This document shows positions 25,966 through 35,363 of a stretch of 58,289 bases of DNA, piece by piece. Position numbers and translations under genes: made by a program. The number at the start of each line of letters is the position of its first letter. The stretch's first letter is position 1. The notes under the pieces are model-generated. The model did no database searches and was not told the origin of the DNA. It saw nothing but the letters and a program-made list of their open reading frames with translations. The stretch is from a virus (taxonomy: Duplodnaviria > Caudoviricetes), in IMG/VR virus record IMGVR_UViG_3300027513_000017, positions 1 to 58,289 of that record, one strand, 5' to 3'.

Positions 25966-26220
25966 ATGAGACTCAAACTCTGTCGAGATAAAAATTGCTT
26001 GCGGCGAGGGATAGAGTTACCGATCACGGACTTCCCTAAGAACGTCAAGTATCTGACCCAGGGGGAGCGCGACGGGCGACACCCTTACTGCCGTCGATGC
26101 AGCGTCCGTCGAACAGCAGAGTACAAAGAGAACATCCGAACATTGATTGCTAGAGGTGCGATGATCACAGTTCCGCCCTCGTTCCGTACTGACTACCACA
26201 AGAAAGAGCAGGCAGCGTGA
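25966..26220 (+). CDS. Zinc-binding protein (endonuclease-associated type)
   Basis: KLC....C....PITDF...DG...YCRRC. Confidence 0.55.
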   Translation: MRLKLCRDKNCLRRGIELPITDFPKNVKYLTQGERDGRHPYCRRCSVRRTAEYKENIRTLIARGAMITVPPSFRTDYHKKEQAA

Positions 26221-26462
26221 GCGAAGCAGAACGCATAGCAGCAATCCAAGAGGCGCAGATGGAACTCTTTCAAGTTCGTTCTGAGTTTCAGGCGAAGCGA
26301 AAAGAGATCAAGCGACGACTCGAGCAGTTACGCGCTAACGGACTCAAGATGTGTCGGGCTTGCCGCTTAGATATGCCGTTCGAGCAGTTCGCGGTTGATC
26401 GTCAGAAGCTACTCCAGTTAGACAGCTATTGTCGTGAGTGTAGGAAGAAGAAAGCAGCATGA
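26217..26462 (+). CDS. Coiled-coil plus zinc-binding protein
   Basis: KMCRAC....P...F.......YCREC; GTGA coupling. Confidence 0.55.
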   Translation: MSEAERIAAIQEAQMELFQVRSEFQAKRKEIKRRLEQLRANGLKMCRACRLDMPFEQFAVDRQKLLQLDSYCRECRKKKAA

Positions 26463-26598
26463 CCCCAACACCACCACTACCGAACTACAAGTGTTTCGAG
26501 CGCGGCTCAGGTCGGGGGAAAGCGCATCTCTTTTTGAATAACGCGATTGTCTGTGAGTGTGGGGAGAGACGAAGAAAGTTTGAGAAGCAGAGATAGCA

Positions 26599-26931
26599 AT
26601 GTCCGCATCACTTCCACTATTTGACTCGATCTTTGCTGGACAGCCAGTAGCGATCCCGCGTCAAGAGTTGGAAGCAGCAAGCCGCAAGCATGATCCCGAA
26701 TCGAGCAAACGGGCGGCAAGAGAGATTGAGAGTTCCGGCGCACTCAAGGGGCAGCGGTTGATCGCGCTTCGATTGGTTGAGCAGTATCCAGGCAGAAGCA
26801 GCAAGGAACTCGCACAACTTGGGACGCTGGATAGATACCAGTTGGCCCGCAGACTTCCAGAGATGGTGAAAGAGAATCACTTGAGAGTTACGCAGGAAGG
26901 ATCAGAAGATCAAAGGTGGTGGTTGAAATGA
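26599..26931 (+). CDS. Winged-helix DNA-binding protein
   Basis: SRKHDPESS..AA...PGRSSKELA....DRY...RRLPE motif. Confidence 0.7.
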   Translation: MSASLPLFDSIFAGQPVAIPRQELEAASRKHDPESSKRAAREIESSGALKGQRLIALRLVEQYPGRSSKELAQLGTLDRYQLARRLPEMVKENHLRVTQEGSEDQRWWLK

Positions 26932-27203
26932 CTCTAATCCTGGCATCGCTAACCGTCTTGCTCTTGAGTCACGTAGGCCACTGCCTTTGGTTCGACCGTA
27001 AGCAGCTCAGCTTAAAAGAAGAAGTGAAAGAGTTGAAGGACGTGATTCTGACACTTGAATCAATGGAGTCGAAAGCAATCAAGGACTTAGCGAAACGAGA
27101 CATTGAATACGACAAGTCCGTCACAGATCACTATCGAGAGCATAGATGTATTAAGCGAGAGAGGCCGGAAGAATGGCCGGAGATTGTTGGAATAGGAGAT
27201 TGA
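26928..27203 (+). CDS. Membrane-anchored coiled-coil protein
   Basis: N-terminal transmembrane segment; directly upstream of the endolysin. Confidence 0.5.
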   Translation: MTLILASLTVLLLSHVGHCLWFDRKQLSLKEEVKELKDVILTLESMESKAIKDLAKRDIEYDKSVTDHYREHRCIKRERPEEWPEIVGIGD

Positions 27204-27683
27204 ATGTTAACCACGAAATCAAACGAACGACTAGCAAAGGTCCATCCACTTCTTGCTGAGAAGGTACGGCTAATCTGCCAGACGTTGGCCCGCGATGGTC
27301 TGGACATTCAGATAGTACAAGGACTCCGCACCTTCGCAGAGCAGGATGCCTTATTCGCTCAAGGGCGCACGAAGGCAGGACCGAAGGTGACGAACGCGAG
27401 AGGAGGGCAGAGCAATCACAACTTCGGCCTTGCAGTCGATCTATGTCCGTTCGTGAATGGCAAGCCTCAGTGGGAAGACAGCGCGACGTTTCAGAAGATC
27501 GGCAAGGAAGCGAAGTTACTCAAGTTGGAATGGGGCGGCGATTGGGTGAAGTTTAACGACAGGCCGCATGTGCAGTTGCCAGGATTAACGATGAAGGACT
27601 GCAACACGATTTACAACAAGAGCGGGCGCGTCTTACAGAAAGTTTGGGACGCAGCTACAGCAGCGTTCGTGAAGAAAGTTTAG
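27204..27683 (+). CDS. Endolysin, M15 family L-Ala-D-Glu peptidase
   Basis: GLRT..EQ..L.AQGRT..G..VTNA.GGQS.HNFGLAVD, WGGDW..F.D.PH.Q. Confidence 0.9.
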   Translation: MLTTKSNERLAKVHPLLAEKVRLICQTLARDGLDIQIVQGLRTFAEQDALFAQGRTKAGPKVTNARGGQSNHNFGLAVDLCPFVNGKPQWEDSATFQKIGKEAKLLKLEWGGDWVKFNDRPHVQLPGLTMKDCNTIYNKSGRVLQKVWDAATAAFVKKV

Positions 27684-27778
27684 CCCAATGAAACGCCTCC
27701 TACCTTACACAACTATTCCGGTGTTGATTGTATTGGTATCTATGGTGGCTTTACTGAGGGAGAAGAAGCGATAGGGAA

Positions 27779-28220
27779 AGACGCCTGACCGAGTAGCGAC
27801 GTCATGGATCGAAAGACAGAACGGAGCGTGTAGCGATGCTACCTGAAGAATTAAAAGCGGCACTACTGGCGGACGGCTGGCGCATTGAACGTGATGGTTA
27901 TCAATGGCGCAACAGTGGTGTTGATTGGTGGGCGTGGAAGCGGTTTGTCGAAACTGTCGATTGTCAGTGCAATGACAAGCCTCCGCACATAGCTATTTTG
28001 CCGTGGCATCACGAAGACAGACGTTCGGTGGAGTTCTCCATTACAGGCGAAGTGCAAGGCGGATTGTGGGTGAAGCTCGACGTGTACAGCGTAGCGATGG
28101 ATGACGCAATGGCTACGATTGAAAGTGCCAAGAGCATTTTAATAACAGCGTGGAATGCCGCCGCTTCCAAGCCCGTTGAGATTCTGCAATCTCAGGACGT
28201 AGCAACACGGTCAGGCGTCT
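27779..28220. repeat. Imperfect inverted repeats (22/25) enclosing one gene
   Basis: AGACGCCTGACCGAGTAGCGACGTC (27779-27803) vs reverse complement of 28196-28220, AGACGCCTGACCGTGTTGCTACGTC. Confidence 0.75.
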
Positions 28221-28222
28221 AG
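27836..28222 (+). CDS. Hypothetical protein inside the inverted repeats
   Basis: GGAG RBS; CQCNDKPP motif. Confidence 0.65.
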   Translation: MLPEELKAALLADGWRIERDGYQWRNSGVDWWAWKRFVETVDCQCNDKPPHIAILPWHHEDRRSVEFSITGEVQGGLWVKLDVYSVAMDDAMATIESAKSILITAWNAAASKPVEILQSQDVATRSGV

Positions 28223-28287
28223 CTTGAATCTTAGTTTTGAGGCCCACCAATGAAACCGATGACTAATCCAGAGAGGGAGCGGGAGAA

Positions 28288-28596
28288 ATGATTGTTTCAT
28301 GTAGTCAATGCGGCGGCTTGCAGACAACGAAGCCGCTAGAGTCGTTTGCGGGGAGGCCTTGCAAGTGCCCGATCCAGCCTAAGCCTATAAAGAGCTACCC
28401 AAACATGACTCCGATCTTTTCAGCGATAGCAGATCGTGATGAGCATCGGCGGCTGATTCTAGCCGTAGTAGAAGCAGCGAATCCGTGGGCGAAGGCATGG
28501 GCAACAATGGGAAGCAGTCCGACTGACTCGGAGGAGCACGCTCTAGCACAGGCAGTGTTTGCTCTCCTTCACTTTGAGGAGCTACAAGGGAAATGA
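28288..28596 (+). CDS. Hypothetical protein
   Basis: GGGAGA RBS. Confidence 0.5.
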   Translation: MIVSCSQCGGLQTTKPLESFAGRPCKCPIQPKPIKSYPNMTPIFSAIADRDEHRRLILAVVEAANPWAKAWATMGSSPTDSEEHALAQAVFALLHFEELQGK

Positions 28597-28784
28597 GTAA
28601 GGAACTGGTTTCAATCACGCGCACGATTAACGATCTGGAAATCTATGTTGACGATGAAGTGGCCGAGGACGAGATTGAGGTTGACTACTTTCTACCGCGT
28701 AACAAACATCGGATTACTGTGCGACTTAAAACAAAAGACGTGTTACCCGAATTGTGGGCACGGCTTCAACAGGATCACAAGTAA
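28593..28784 (+). CDS. Hypothetical protein
   Basis: ATGA coupling. Confidence 0.5.
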   Translation: MSKELVSITRTINDLEIYVDDEVAEDEIEVDYFLPRNKHRITVRLKTKDVLPELWARLQQDHK

Positions 28785-28987
28785 TGGAAACACGGAGTTG
28801 GATCGACTTAACACTAGATCGCAATCTCACCCCTCGTGCTGAATCAATCATGGCTGAGATACACGGAGTACGCGAAGACGAGCCAGAAGACGTACCGGAC
28901 ACGAAGTACAGCATGGCAGAGATCGCAAGCTGGATTCAGTCGGGGCAGAAGCCGCGTACATGGAGACGAGTATGGTTCGTGCGGTGA
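28784..28987 (+). CDS. Hypothetical protein
   Basis: TAATG coupling. Confidence 0.45.
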   Translation: METRSWIDLTLDRNLTPRAESIMAEIHGVREDEPEDVPDTKYSMAEIASWIQSGQKPRTWRRVWFVR

Positions 28988-29168
28988 CTCGATTAGAAAA
29001 GGCGGCATGGGTAGTGGGCCTACTCACTGTCGCGCTAATCCTGTGGTCACTAATCACGCAGGAGCCTGTCACTAACGAGCGCACCGTCATCGGCAAAACA
29101 ACCTACTACGGCGAGAATCCACCTCGGGTAACGGTCTACTACTCCGATGGAACGAAGGAAGTGGTTAA

Positions 29169-29378
29169 GTGAGCCGCAAGAATCCTAATCAAGCGGAGGC
29201 AGACAGTAAGGCACTGAAGGTCGCGTGTCCCTACTGCCACGCAGCGATAGGCGAGCCGTGTTGGATATTGAAGGCCAAGAACGGCAAGCCGCAGGAAGTT
29301 GCTTATGTTCCACACCGGCACCGAGTCAAGGAAGCGTGGCGCAAGCGATTTCAGAGGGTCAACGGCAATGGCGCATAG
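29169..29378 (+). CDS. Small zinc-finger protein
   Basis: ALKVACPYCHAAIGEPC...H..R. Confidence 0.6.
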   Translation: MSRKNPNQAEADSKALKVACPYCHAAIGEPCWILKAKNGKPQEVAYVPHRHRVKEAWRKRFQRVNGNGA

Positions 29379-29733
29379 CGATATCTGGACACCTGAACAG
29401 TTAGCTACCTATCGAGCGATGCAGGCTGAGTACATCGAGAGCACGAACAAAATGGCGAAACGAATTGACGACAACCACAAGAGCATCGTTGACGGACTCA
29501 GGGCCGTTGGTGCAACAGTGCAATCGCTCGCGGCACTTGGCAAAGGCGCACCGGACATCCTCTGCGGTTTTAGAAATCAGAACTGGACGTTTGAAATTAA
29601 GAATCCATTGATGCCGCCGTCGAAGCGAAAGCTAACTGAAGCGGAGGAGGACTGGCACGATCAATGGAAGGGACAGGTGTCAGTTATCGAGACTTTGGAC
29701 GAAGCCTTGATAGCTATTGGAGCGGCGAAATGA
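29368..29733 (+). CDS. VRR-NUC/PD-(D/E)XK nuclease
   Basis: RIDDNH..IV..LR..GA.V....GAPDILCG......EIK.......LT..E..W...W.G. Confidence 0.8.
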   Translation: MAHSDIWTPEQLATYRAMQAEYIESTNKMAKRIDDNHKSIVDGLRAVGATVQSLAALGKGAPDILCGFRNQNWTFEIKNPLMPPSKRKLTEAEEDWHDQWKGQVSVIETLDEALIAIGAAK

Positions 29734-29787
29734 ACTCAAACGAACCTCACCCGACTTAAACGATCTTAACGTGGGGAGATTAACAAA

Positions 29788-30606
29788 TTGAATGAATCAC
29801 CTGTATTCAAAGAGCTAAAAGACGGACTCCTCGAATATTGCGGGCCGACTGACGATTCCTCTCTCGCGGTGGAGAAGTGGCGCGAGTTGGACGCATCGAT
29901 CGACATCGGGATATGGGGTCAAGCCTCGATAGCCGCGGCGATTGTTCCGACCTATGGGCAGCAACAAATAGACGAGTTTGCGGGCGCAGTAGAAAAACAC
30001 CCTTCCTACGTTCGCAGAATGGCGAAGACCTACAGGTACTTCATTATTGAAAACAAGACCCGGGTCTCAAATCTCTCATTTAAGCATCACTGTATTGCCC
30101 TGCGACATCCTTACCCTCTCGAAGCGCTTGAGACCGCATCGTTAAACGGTTGGGGCTGCGCCAAGCTCGAGGAGTGGATACTTAACGAGGCACAGGCAAA
30201 CTCAGGTGTTAAGAAGGCCATCAGCCATCTGAGACAGAGCGATTATCGAGAGTTTCTTGAGCGGGTAGACAGCATTATTCTCAGCGACTTCATGCAAACG
30301 TGTCCTAATGCCAAGTGGGGCCAACGGGTCTTTAAGAACTGGCGAGATGAAATTGCGTGGGAATTAAGACAAGTTGACCACGATGACGTGGCTGGAATGA
30401 TAATGGCGGCTATGGACGAAGGTGCTCATACCGTTGCAGACATTAAATCGGCAACCGGATTAGCGGCTCGGGACATTGAAGGGGTGATCGGTATCAAAGT
30501 GGCTGAGGGTGCATGGGAATGGGTTCGAGAAGGCGGGGAAACTGATATGGCCCGGGGATCGCGGCGGGCAATTCTTCATCGCGTCGGAACGCCTGTGTTT
30601 ACTTAA
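29788..30606 (+). CDS. Putative DNA-binding regulator (LmbU/DUF1016-N-like), Q-like position
   Basis: R...LSFKHH.....L..A...GW...L motif; C-terminal HTH-like segment; directly upstream of a terminator-containing leader. Confidence 0.5.
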   Translation: MNESPVFKELKDGLLEYCGPTDDSSLAVEKWRELDASIDIGIWGQASIAAAIVPTYGQQQIDEFAGAVEKHPSYVRRMAKTYRYFIIENKTRVSNLSFKHHCIALRHPYPLEALETASLNGWGCAKLEEWILNEAQANSGVKKAISHLRQSDYREFLERVDSIILSDFMQTCPNAKWGQRVFKNWRDEIAWELRQVDHDDVAGMIMAAMDEGAHTVADIKSATGLAARDIEGVIGIKVAEGAWEWVREGGETDMARGSRRAILHRVGTPVFT

Positions 30607-30734
30607 ACATAAGAATCCTTATCCGCGCATAATCTCTTTTACGGTTCGCCGCGAAAGTACATTCCAGAAAGGTCTCAAAGCTAAGGGCTAAAGAGTAGGT
30701 TGAGATAGAAAACATTTACACAGGAACCTGAAGG

Positions 30735-30772
30735 AGACCGCCGAGGATTGATACCCCGTGGCGGTCTTTTTT
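30735..30772 (+). terminator. Intrinsic terminator ahead of the late/lysis region
   Basis: AGACCGCC...GGCGGTCT followed by a T tract. Confidence 0.75.
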
Positions 30773-30850
30773 CTTCTGCCTTGAAAACGTAAATCAGCAA
30801 ACTGAGGCATTCTTGCCTCCTCTAAGAGAGAACAGGAGACCTCTACCTAT

Positions 30851-31234
30851 ATGCTGACACTCATGTTTATTTGGTTTCAAGTCCCACAACCAGGGGGAGA
30901 GGTGGCTGACGGCGGTATGAGCGGTCAAGCCATCATTGCGGTATCGGCGGCTGTAGTCGCCCTCACACAATTACTCAAGTTTGCGAATGTTATTAACGAC
31001 CGACGCGGGCCTTTGGGTGTTTTGGTGTTGGCTGCGCTAGGAGTTGGTTTTTGGGCGTGGTCAACAGGGGATTTCACGCGAGCGTCAGCGTTTGCTTATT
31101 TCGCTGGTTGGATTGCGGTGGCAACTTCGGCGGCGGGCGTCTTTGGTTTCTCTCGCGCCTTTCCAGGGGCAGTAACGAGCACAACACCGCCTCCTGCGGG
31201 GCCACAGGGAGCAGGGTCCAACACGACTACTTAA
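30851..31234 (+). CDS. Putative holin
   Basis: Three hydrophobic helices; VVALTQLLK...AAGVF pattern; first late gene; AGGAG RBS. Confidence 0.55.
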   Translation: MLTLMFIWFQVPQPGGEVADGGMSGQAIIAVSAAVVALTQLLKFANVINDRRGPLGVLVLAALGVGFWAWSTGDFTRASAFAYFAGWIAVATSAAGVFGFSRAFPGAVTSTTPPPAGPQGAGSNTTT

Positions 31235-31733
31235 GGTGTTTCCACGAATGACCGCTACAAAGATAACTAACCATCGCGCGGTTGATACCGAAATCAGCAG
31301 CAATTGTTTTCTGAGATTCTGTGCCAGAAGCATAGCGCAGTCGAATCTCCTTCACTTGGTCAGCCGTCAGTTTAGAGGCTCCGTTCTTTTCGCCCGTCGT
31401 CCATCGTCCCTTATTAACAGCGTCCATCGAATTGTCCTGATGTGTTCCGGCAAACAGATGAGTCGGTCTTACGCAGGGACGGTTATCACAACGATGGCAA
31501 ACAAGCAGTCCATCGGGGATAGGGCCGTTAGTAAGTGCGTAAGAAAAGCGGTGAGCCTGAGTGTAAGCACTATGACTGTGGCAAAACATGCCGTAGCCGT
31601 ATCGCTTATTGATCTTGCCCGTCCAAATCCAGCACGGGCCAATTTCGGGCCGAATAATAGGACCGTCCTTATTAACCTTTGCCCAAAAGCGTTGATTGAT
31701 AGGGATGGGGCGCTTAGTATGCTGATTAGCCAT
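31227..31733 (-). CDS. Free-standing HNH homing endonuclease with a C-terminal HTH
   Basis: RFWAKV..CWIWTG..GYG..AHRFSY..G.IP...VCHRCDN..CV.P.HL..GT..DN..D..KGR; KLT..QV.EIR. Confidence 0.9.
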   Translation of the reverse strand: MANQHTKRPIPINQRFWAKVNKDGPIIRPEIGPCWIWTGKINKRYGYGMFCHSHSAYTQAHRFSYALTNGPIPDGLLVCHRCDNRPCVRPTHLFAGTHQDNSMDAVNKGRWTTGEKNGASKLTADQVKEIRLRYASGTESQKTIAADFGINRAMVSYLCSGHSWKHLK

Positions 31734-31739
31734 TGCGAG

Positions 31740-31818
31740 AACCTCCGAGATAGGTTTGAACTTTGGTCAGGCTCGTTCAGAAGCGACAACTTCTGCGCGG
31801 GCCGTTTGTATTTTAGCA
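31740..31818 (-). promoter_or_regulatory. Promoter and structured leader of the HNH gene
   Basis: Minus-strand extended -10 TGCTAAAAT; hairpin 31770-31803; AACCT/AGGTT stem over the GGAGGT SD. Confidence 0.55.
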
Positions 31819-31849
31819 CGTCCCAACAGACTGACGCGGGGTGTAACTA

Positions 31850-32080
31850 ATGGGATATTCACACACACGACCTGACCTCGTTGACCCGTGGGTGACAATG
31901 ATTTGTCCTAAGCCAGAATGTAAAGCCTGGTATCCAGTGGGAGCGAAGCACGAGTGCAGCGATCCGGTCGCGATGAAAATGCACCGACTAGCCTTGCGAT
32001 CTATCTACGAAGCAGAGCGTAAACGCGATGAGCGAACATTTGCTCGCGATCACGGTTTCGATGAATGGCTCAACCATTGA
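31850..32080 (+). CDS. Hypothetical protein
   Basis: ORF in the late region; Cys/His motif. Confidence 0.45.
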   Translation: MGYSHTRPDLVDPWVTMICPKPECKAWYPVGAKHECSDPVAMKMHRLALRSIYEAERKRDERTFARDHGFDEWLNH

Positions 32081-32103
32081 AAACTTAAACGGAGCTTCTG
32101 TGT

Positions 32104-32394
32104 ATGCAAGTACCTCCAAACCTCGCCCCACCACAAACTGAGTTCTATGAGAATCCCGCTCATGCTCAATTATGGCGTGAGGTACTGCGACTCCGCATCA
32201 CCGACACGTTTGTTGATCGAACACCGGAGTTCTCTCGCGTGTTGAGTGATATAGCTTGGAGGCTTGAGCCAATGCTTTGTAACGAATGTGAAACGCCGGT
32301 GGAGAACGTGGCAAAACACGATGGAACCCATTTGAAGTGTCCTGAGTGTGGGTGGGAGCCGATAACGGTTACTGAAAGGTGTTTAACTGATTAG
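32104..32394 (+). CDS. Zinc-ribbon protein
   Basis: CxxC...CPECGW; GGAG RBS. Confidence 0.55.
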   Translation: MQVPPNLAPPQTEFYENPAHAQLWREVLRLRITDTFVDRTPEFSRVLSDIAWRLEPMLCNECETPVENVAKHDGTHLKCPECGWEPITVTERCLTD

Positions 32395-32629
32395 GAAGCG
32401 CAACTAGCGCAGAGAGGGCAAGGTGATCCACTTGGGCGGTATTAGTTCTTGGTTATTTCCTTTGATGCAGGTAAGCGAAGCACTGAGTCACCGACACACT
32501 TTCGCTCTTGAGCGCGATGGACGCCCGACCTGCTATTGCGGAACCAACACAATCGAAGCGGCGCAGGGATGCGACGTTCTTGTGTTCGAGTTGCCGCCGA
32601 TTGCAATCAATTTCAACTGAAAGGAATTT

Positions 32630-33142
32630 ATGCAGAGGATAAGAAAGTTTGTATCGACGTTAATGCTGGGCGCATCGCTCAGTTTCGCAATTGTCTCGCC
32701 TGTAATTCTCCCGCTAGGCGTGGCGTCATTGGTAGTTACCCAAACATCCTGTGACAAGAACAAGATTCGTGAGGCTCGCAAGGCCGCATTCAGAATCCAG
32801 GTTGTCACTGGCGCCGCAATCGACACCACAGCATCTCTGTTCAATCGGGGCGTAATCACCAAAGAGCAAACAAACAAGATTGCTAACGCGCTCCTGAAGG
32901 TGAATCACGCCAACAGAATCCTAATCGAAAAGGCAGCGGCCATGACGGAGGACACCGCAGGCAATCGCGCCGCGTTGTTCGCTACTGTGAGAGACATATC
33001 CGCAGCGATTAAAGAACTGAAAGACGCAGGCGTACTCGGTGTGAAGAATCCTGACGGGAGCCTCGCGTTCGATTCGGCTATTGCTGCACTCGATACCGCT
33101 TTGGCCTTGATTGAAGCGTCACTTGCGGCAGGAGGTAACTAA
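32630..33142 (+). CDS. Putative lipoprotein (lysis accessory or spanin-like)
   Basis: Long signal peptide ending TQTSC; helical body; AAAGGA RBS. Confidence 0.6.
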   Translation: MQRIRKFVSTLMLGASLSFAIVSPVILPLGVASLVVTQTSCDKNKIREARKAAFRIQVVTGAAIDTTASLFNRGVITKEQTNKIANALLKVNHANRILIEKAAAMTEDTAGNRAALFATVRDISAAIKELKDAGVLGVKNPDGSLAFDSAIAALDTALALIEASLAAGGN

Positions 33143-33345
33143 TGCCTGACACAAATTCACTAGCGTCTATTCTCGCGTTGATTACTAAAGCACTTGAGAT
33201 TGGCGGCGACATTGTCCCAGTTGCGTTGAGAGCCTATGCCGCGTTGAAAGCGGATCACACCGACGAAGAATTCATTCAGTTGGCCCGCGAACAGAACGAT
33301 CTTGATGAGCAGAAGATTCTGGACTTGATTGAGCGTACAAAATGA
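33142..33345 (+). CDS. Small protein coupled to the lipoprotein gene
   Basis: GGAGGT RBS; TAATG coupling. Confidence 0.6.
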   Translation: MPDTNSLASILALITKALEIGGDIVPVALRAYAALKADHTDEEFIQLAREQNDLDEQKILDLIERTK

Positions 33346-33673
33346 AAGACCAACAGAAAACAGACGTGTTAGCGAAAGCCCTACGGCAGATTCGGCAGAT
33401 CCAAAAGAATTCCATTGGTCTCTATCGTGGCCGTGAGGAAGTGCGGCAGGTAGTGATCGACGGTATCGCGGAGAGTGCGCTGACAACGATCAAGAAGAAG
33501 TAAATGTGGGAACTCTTTTTAGTTGGGGTAAGCCTCTTGGTAGGACTAATGGCTGGCTTACTTATGCGCCCCAAAGCACGAAACAAGCAACGATACGCGG
33601 CAATGAGATTCAAACTAAGTAAAGCACGAGTCGCGTTGCAGCAGTCAATTAAACGAAATAAGGAGAGATAGAA

Positions 33674-33901
33674 GTGGCACAAAACATCGAAGCACTGGAG
33701 ACAGAAGTATCTGAAACCGTAGGCGTAATGCAGTCAGCTAAGACGTTGATTGATGGCTTCGCAGCGCGGCTCGCGGATGCAGGCGTGGATCCGGCGAAGT
33801 TGGAAGCGTTACGTAATGACCTGGATTCAAATTCAACATCACTGGCCGAAGCGGTAGCGGCTAATTCACCGGACGCGCCAAACGGTGGCGATGTGGTCTA
33901 A
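33674..33901 (+). CDS. Small coiled-coil phage protein
   Basis: AAGGAG RBS; V..SA..LI.G....L..A..DPAKL..L...L.....LA.AV.AN.P. Confidence 0.7.
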   Translation: MAQNIEALETEVSETVGVMQSAKTLIDGFAARLADAGVDPAKLEALRNDLDSNSTSLAEAVAANSPDAPNGGDVV

Positions 33902-34035
33902 GAAGTTTTTCAAGGCTCTGTAGAGTGTCTTGCTGGCGGGCCGATTGAACTCGTTTTGAAGGGTAAGCATGTGACTAGGGCACAGTGAGACACCTCTACA
34001 GATAAGTTTGAATTGAAAGCGTGACGCGTTGTTAG

Positions 34036-34629
34036 ATGGTAAATCAGAAGCAATCGGTGCCGGGACTGGGGGTGGACGCTCAGGGCAACGCCGTCGTGGA
34101 CCCGACAGCCAACGTCATTGCCCTGAACGAAGCGAGTCATAAGCGTCAGGACGACCTGCGCGAGATGCACAATCGCTATCTCGAAGCGAAGATTCTATGG
34201 ATGGAAGAAAAGGTCAGACGGGTCGAGCAAGTATCGGAACTGAGAGCGAGTTACTCCGAGAGCATCAGCGTTGTTCATCAGTCCCATGATCGAGAAATTC
34301 ACAAAATGGAGCAGGACAAACTGGCTGCGTTTCGAGCGAGTGACGAGATGGCCCGGATTACCGAAGCCAACCGGAGCCTAGCAGCAATTCAAGTAGTCGA
34401 GCGAACCCTGAACTCAACCGCCACCGCGCTGGCGAGCCAGAACGCGGAGAACAACGTGGAAGTCAATCGGAGATTAGCCGCACTGGAGAAGACGAGCTAT
34501 GAGGGCGCAGGCAAAGGAACAGGCGCAAAGAACACCGTCGCTTACTTATTGGTAGCGGTGGGGATGCTCGTCTCATTGATAACTATTGGTTCAGTGATCG
34601 TTGCGATAGCGTTCGCAATAAGGAAGTAA
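34036..34629 (+). CDS. Coiled-coil protein with a C-terminal transmembrane helix
   Basis: DPTANV..L.EA...RQDDLR; C-terminal hydrophobic helix. Confidence 0.7.
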   Translation: MVNQKQSVPGLGVDAQGNAVVDPTANVIALNEASHKRQDDLREMHNRYLEAKILWMEEKVRRVEQVSELRASYSESISVVHQSHDREIHKMEQDKLAAFRASDEMARITEANRSLAAIQVVERTLNSTATALASQNAENNVEVNRRLAALEKTSYEGAGKGTGAKNTVAYLLVAVGMLVSLITIGSVIVAIAFAIRK

Positions 34630-34746
34630 AAAGAGGCGGGCCAAAGCACTCGCGTGACTCTGGCCCAACCACACTCGACGGTACTCCCGCTAAGAAACAC
34701 CGCCGAGGCAGGTAGGAAGTTAATGCAACTCGCCCAGGAGAAGCAA

Positions 34747-34917
34747 ATGAAAGATCCGAAAGACAAAGATGAGCATGACCCAAAGGATCCAAAAGATCCG
34801 CAGAAGCCATCAAAGCCAGAACCGCTTGAACCCCTCGGAGATCCTCAAGGCCCAGGTCGTGAGGACGACGAAGACGAAGAGGATGGCGATCCTCAAGGGC
34901 CGGGAGGCGGTGGGTAA
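34747..34917 (+). CDS. Low-complexity D/P/K/G-rich peptide (56 aa)
   Basis: CAGGAG RBS; DPK repeats and DPQGPG twice. Confidence 0.55.
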   Translation: MKDPKDKDEHDPKDPKDPQKPSKPEPLEPLGDPQGPGREDDEDEEDGDPQGPGGGG

Positions 34918-35356
34918 GGTGGTGGCGCTTGAGCAAGACGTTGTACCGGAAGATGTTTGTCTAATGACCAACGTCCAACCGATTACTGTCTTGCCAAAGT
35001 GGGCGCAATGGATGGTGCGCTGCATCTACTTTCGTTATGGCTGGGCAGCGACAGCGAAGCGCGGCGATATGTACTACTCGGTTGAGTATCGAGGGGTGAC
35101 GCCGGACGAAGCCGAAGCGCGCTACCTATCGAGTGAAGATAATGCTTCGTACACGAAAGTACCCTGGCGATCATGCTTACCAATGGAGACGGGACAGTAC
35201 GGCACTCACGACTTTCCTTTCTCTGAAGTATCGAATGAGTATCGGAATCGAAGTCTTCCCTTCTTGCAAGTACCTCGCGTGGGAGTCGAGAGATTGAGGG
35301 AAACGATCCGAGACACCGATCCTATTGTTGAGAGGTTTAGAACAAAGACTGCATGA
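34910..35356 (+). CDS. Hypothetical protein
   Basis: GGAGG RBS before GTG 34910. Confidence 0.55.
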   Translation: MGKVVALEQDVVPEDVCLMTNVQPITVLPKWAQWMVRCIYFRYGWAATAKRGDMYYSVEYRGVTPDEAEARYLSSEDNASYTKVPWRSCLPMETGQYGTHDFPFSEVSNEYRNRSLPFLQVPRVGVERLRETIRDTDPIVERFRTKTA

Positions 35357-35363
35357 GAACCGA

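Noticed and set aside
31236-31850. 204-aa plus-strand ORF
   Set aside because: Antisense shadow of the clear HNH gene
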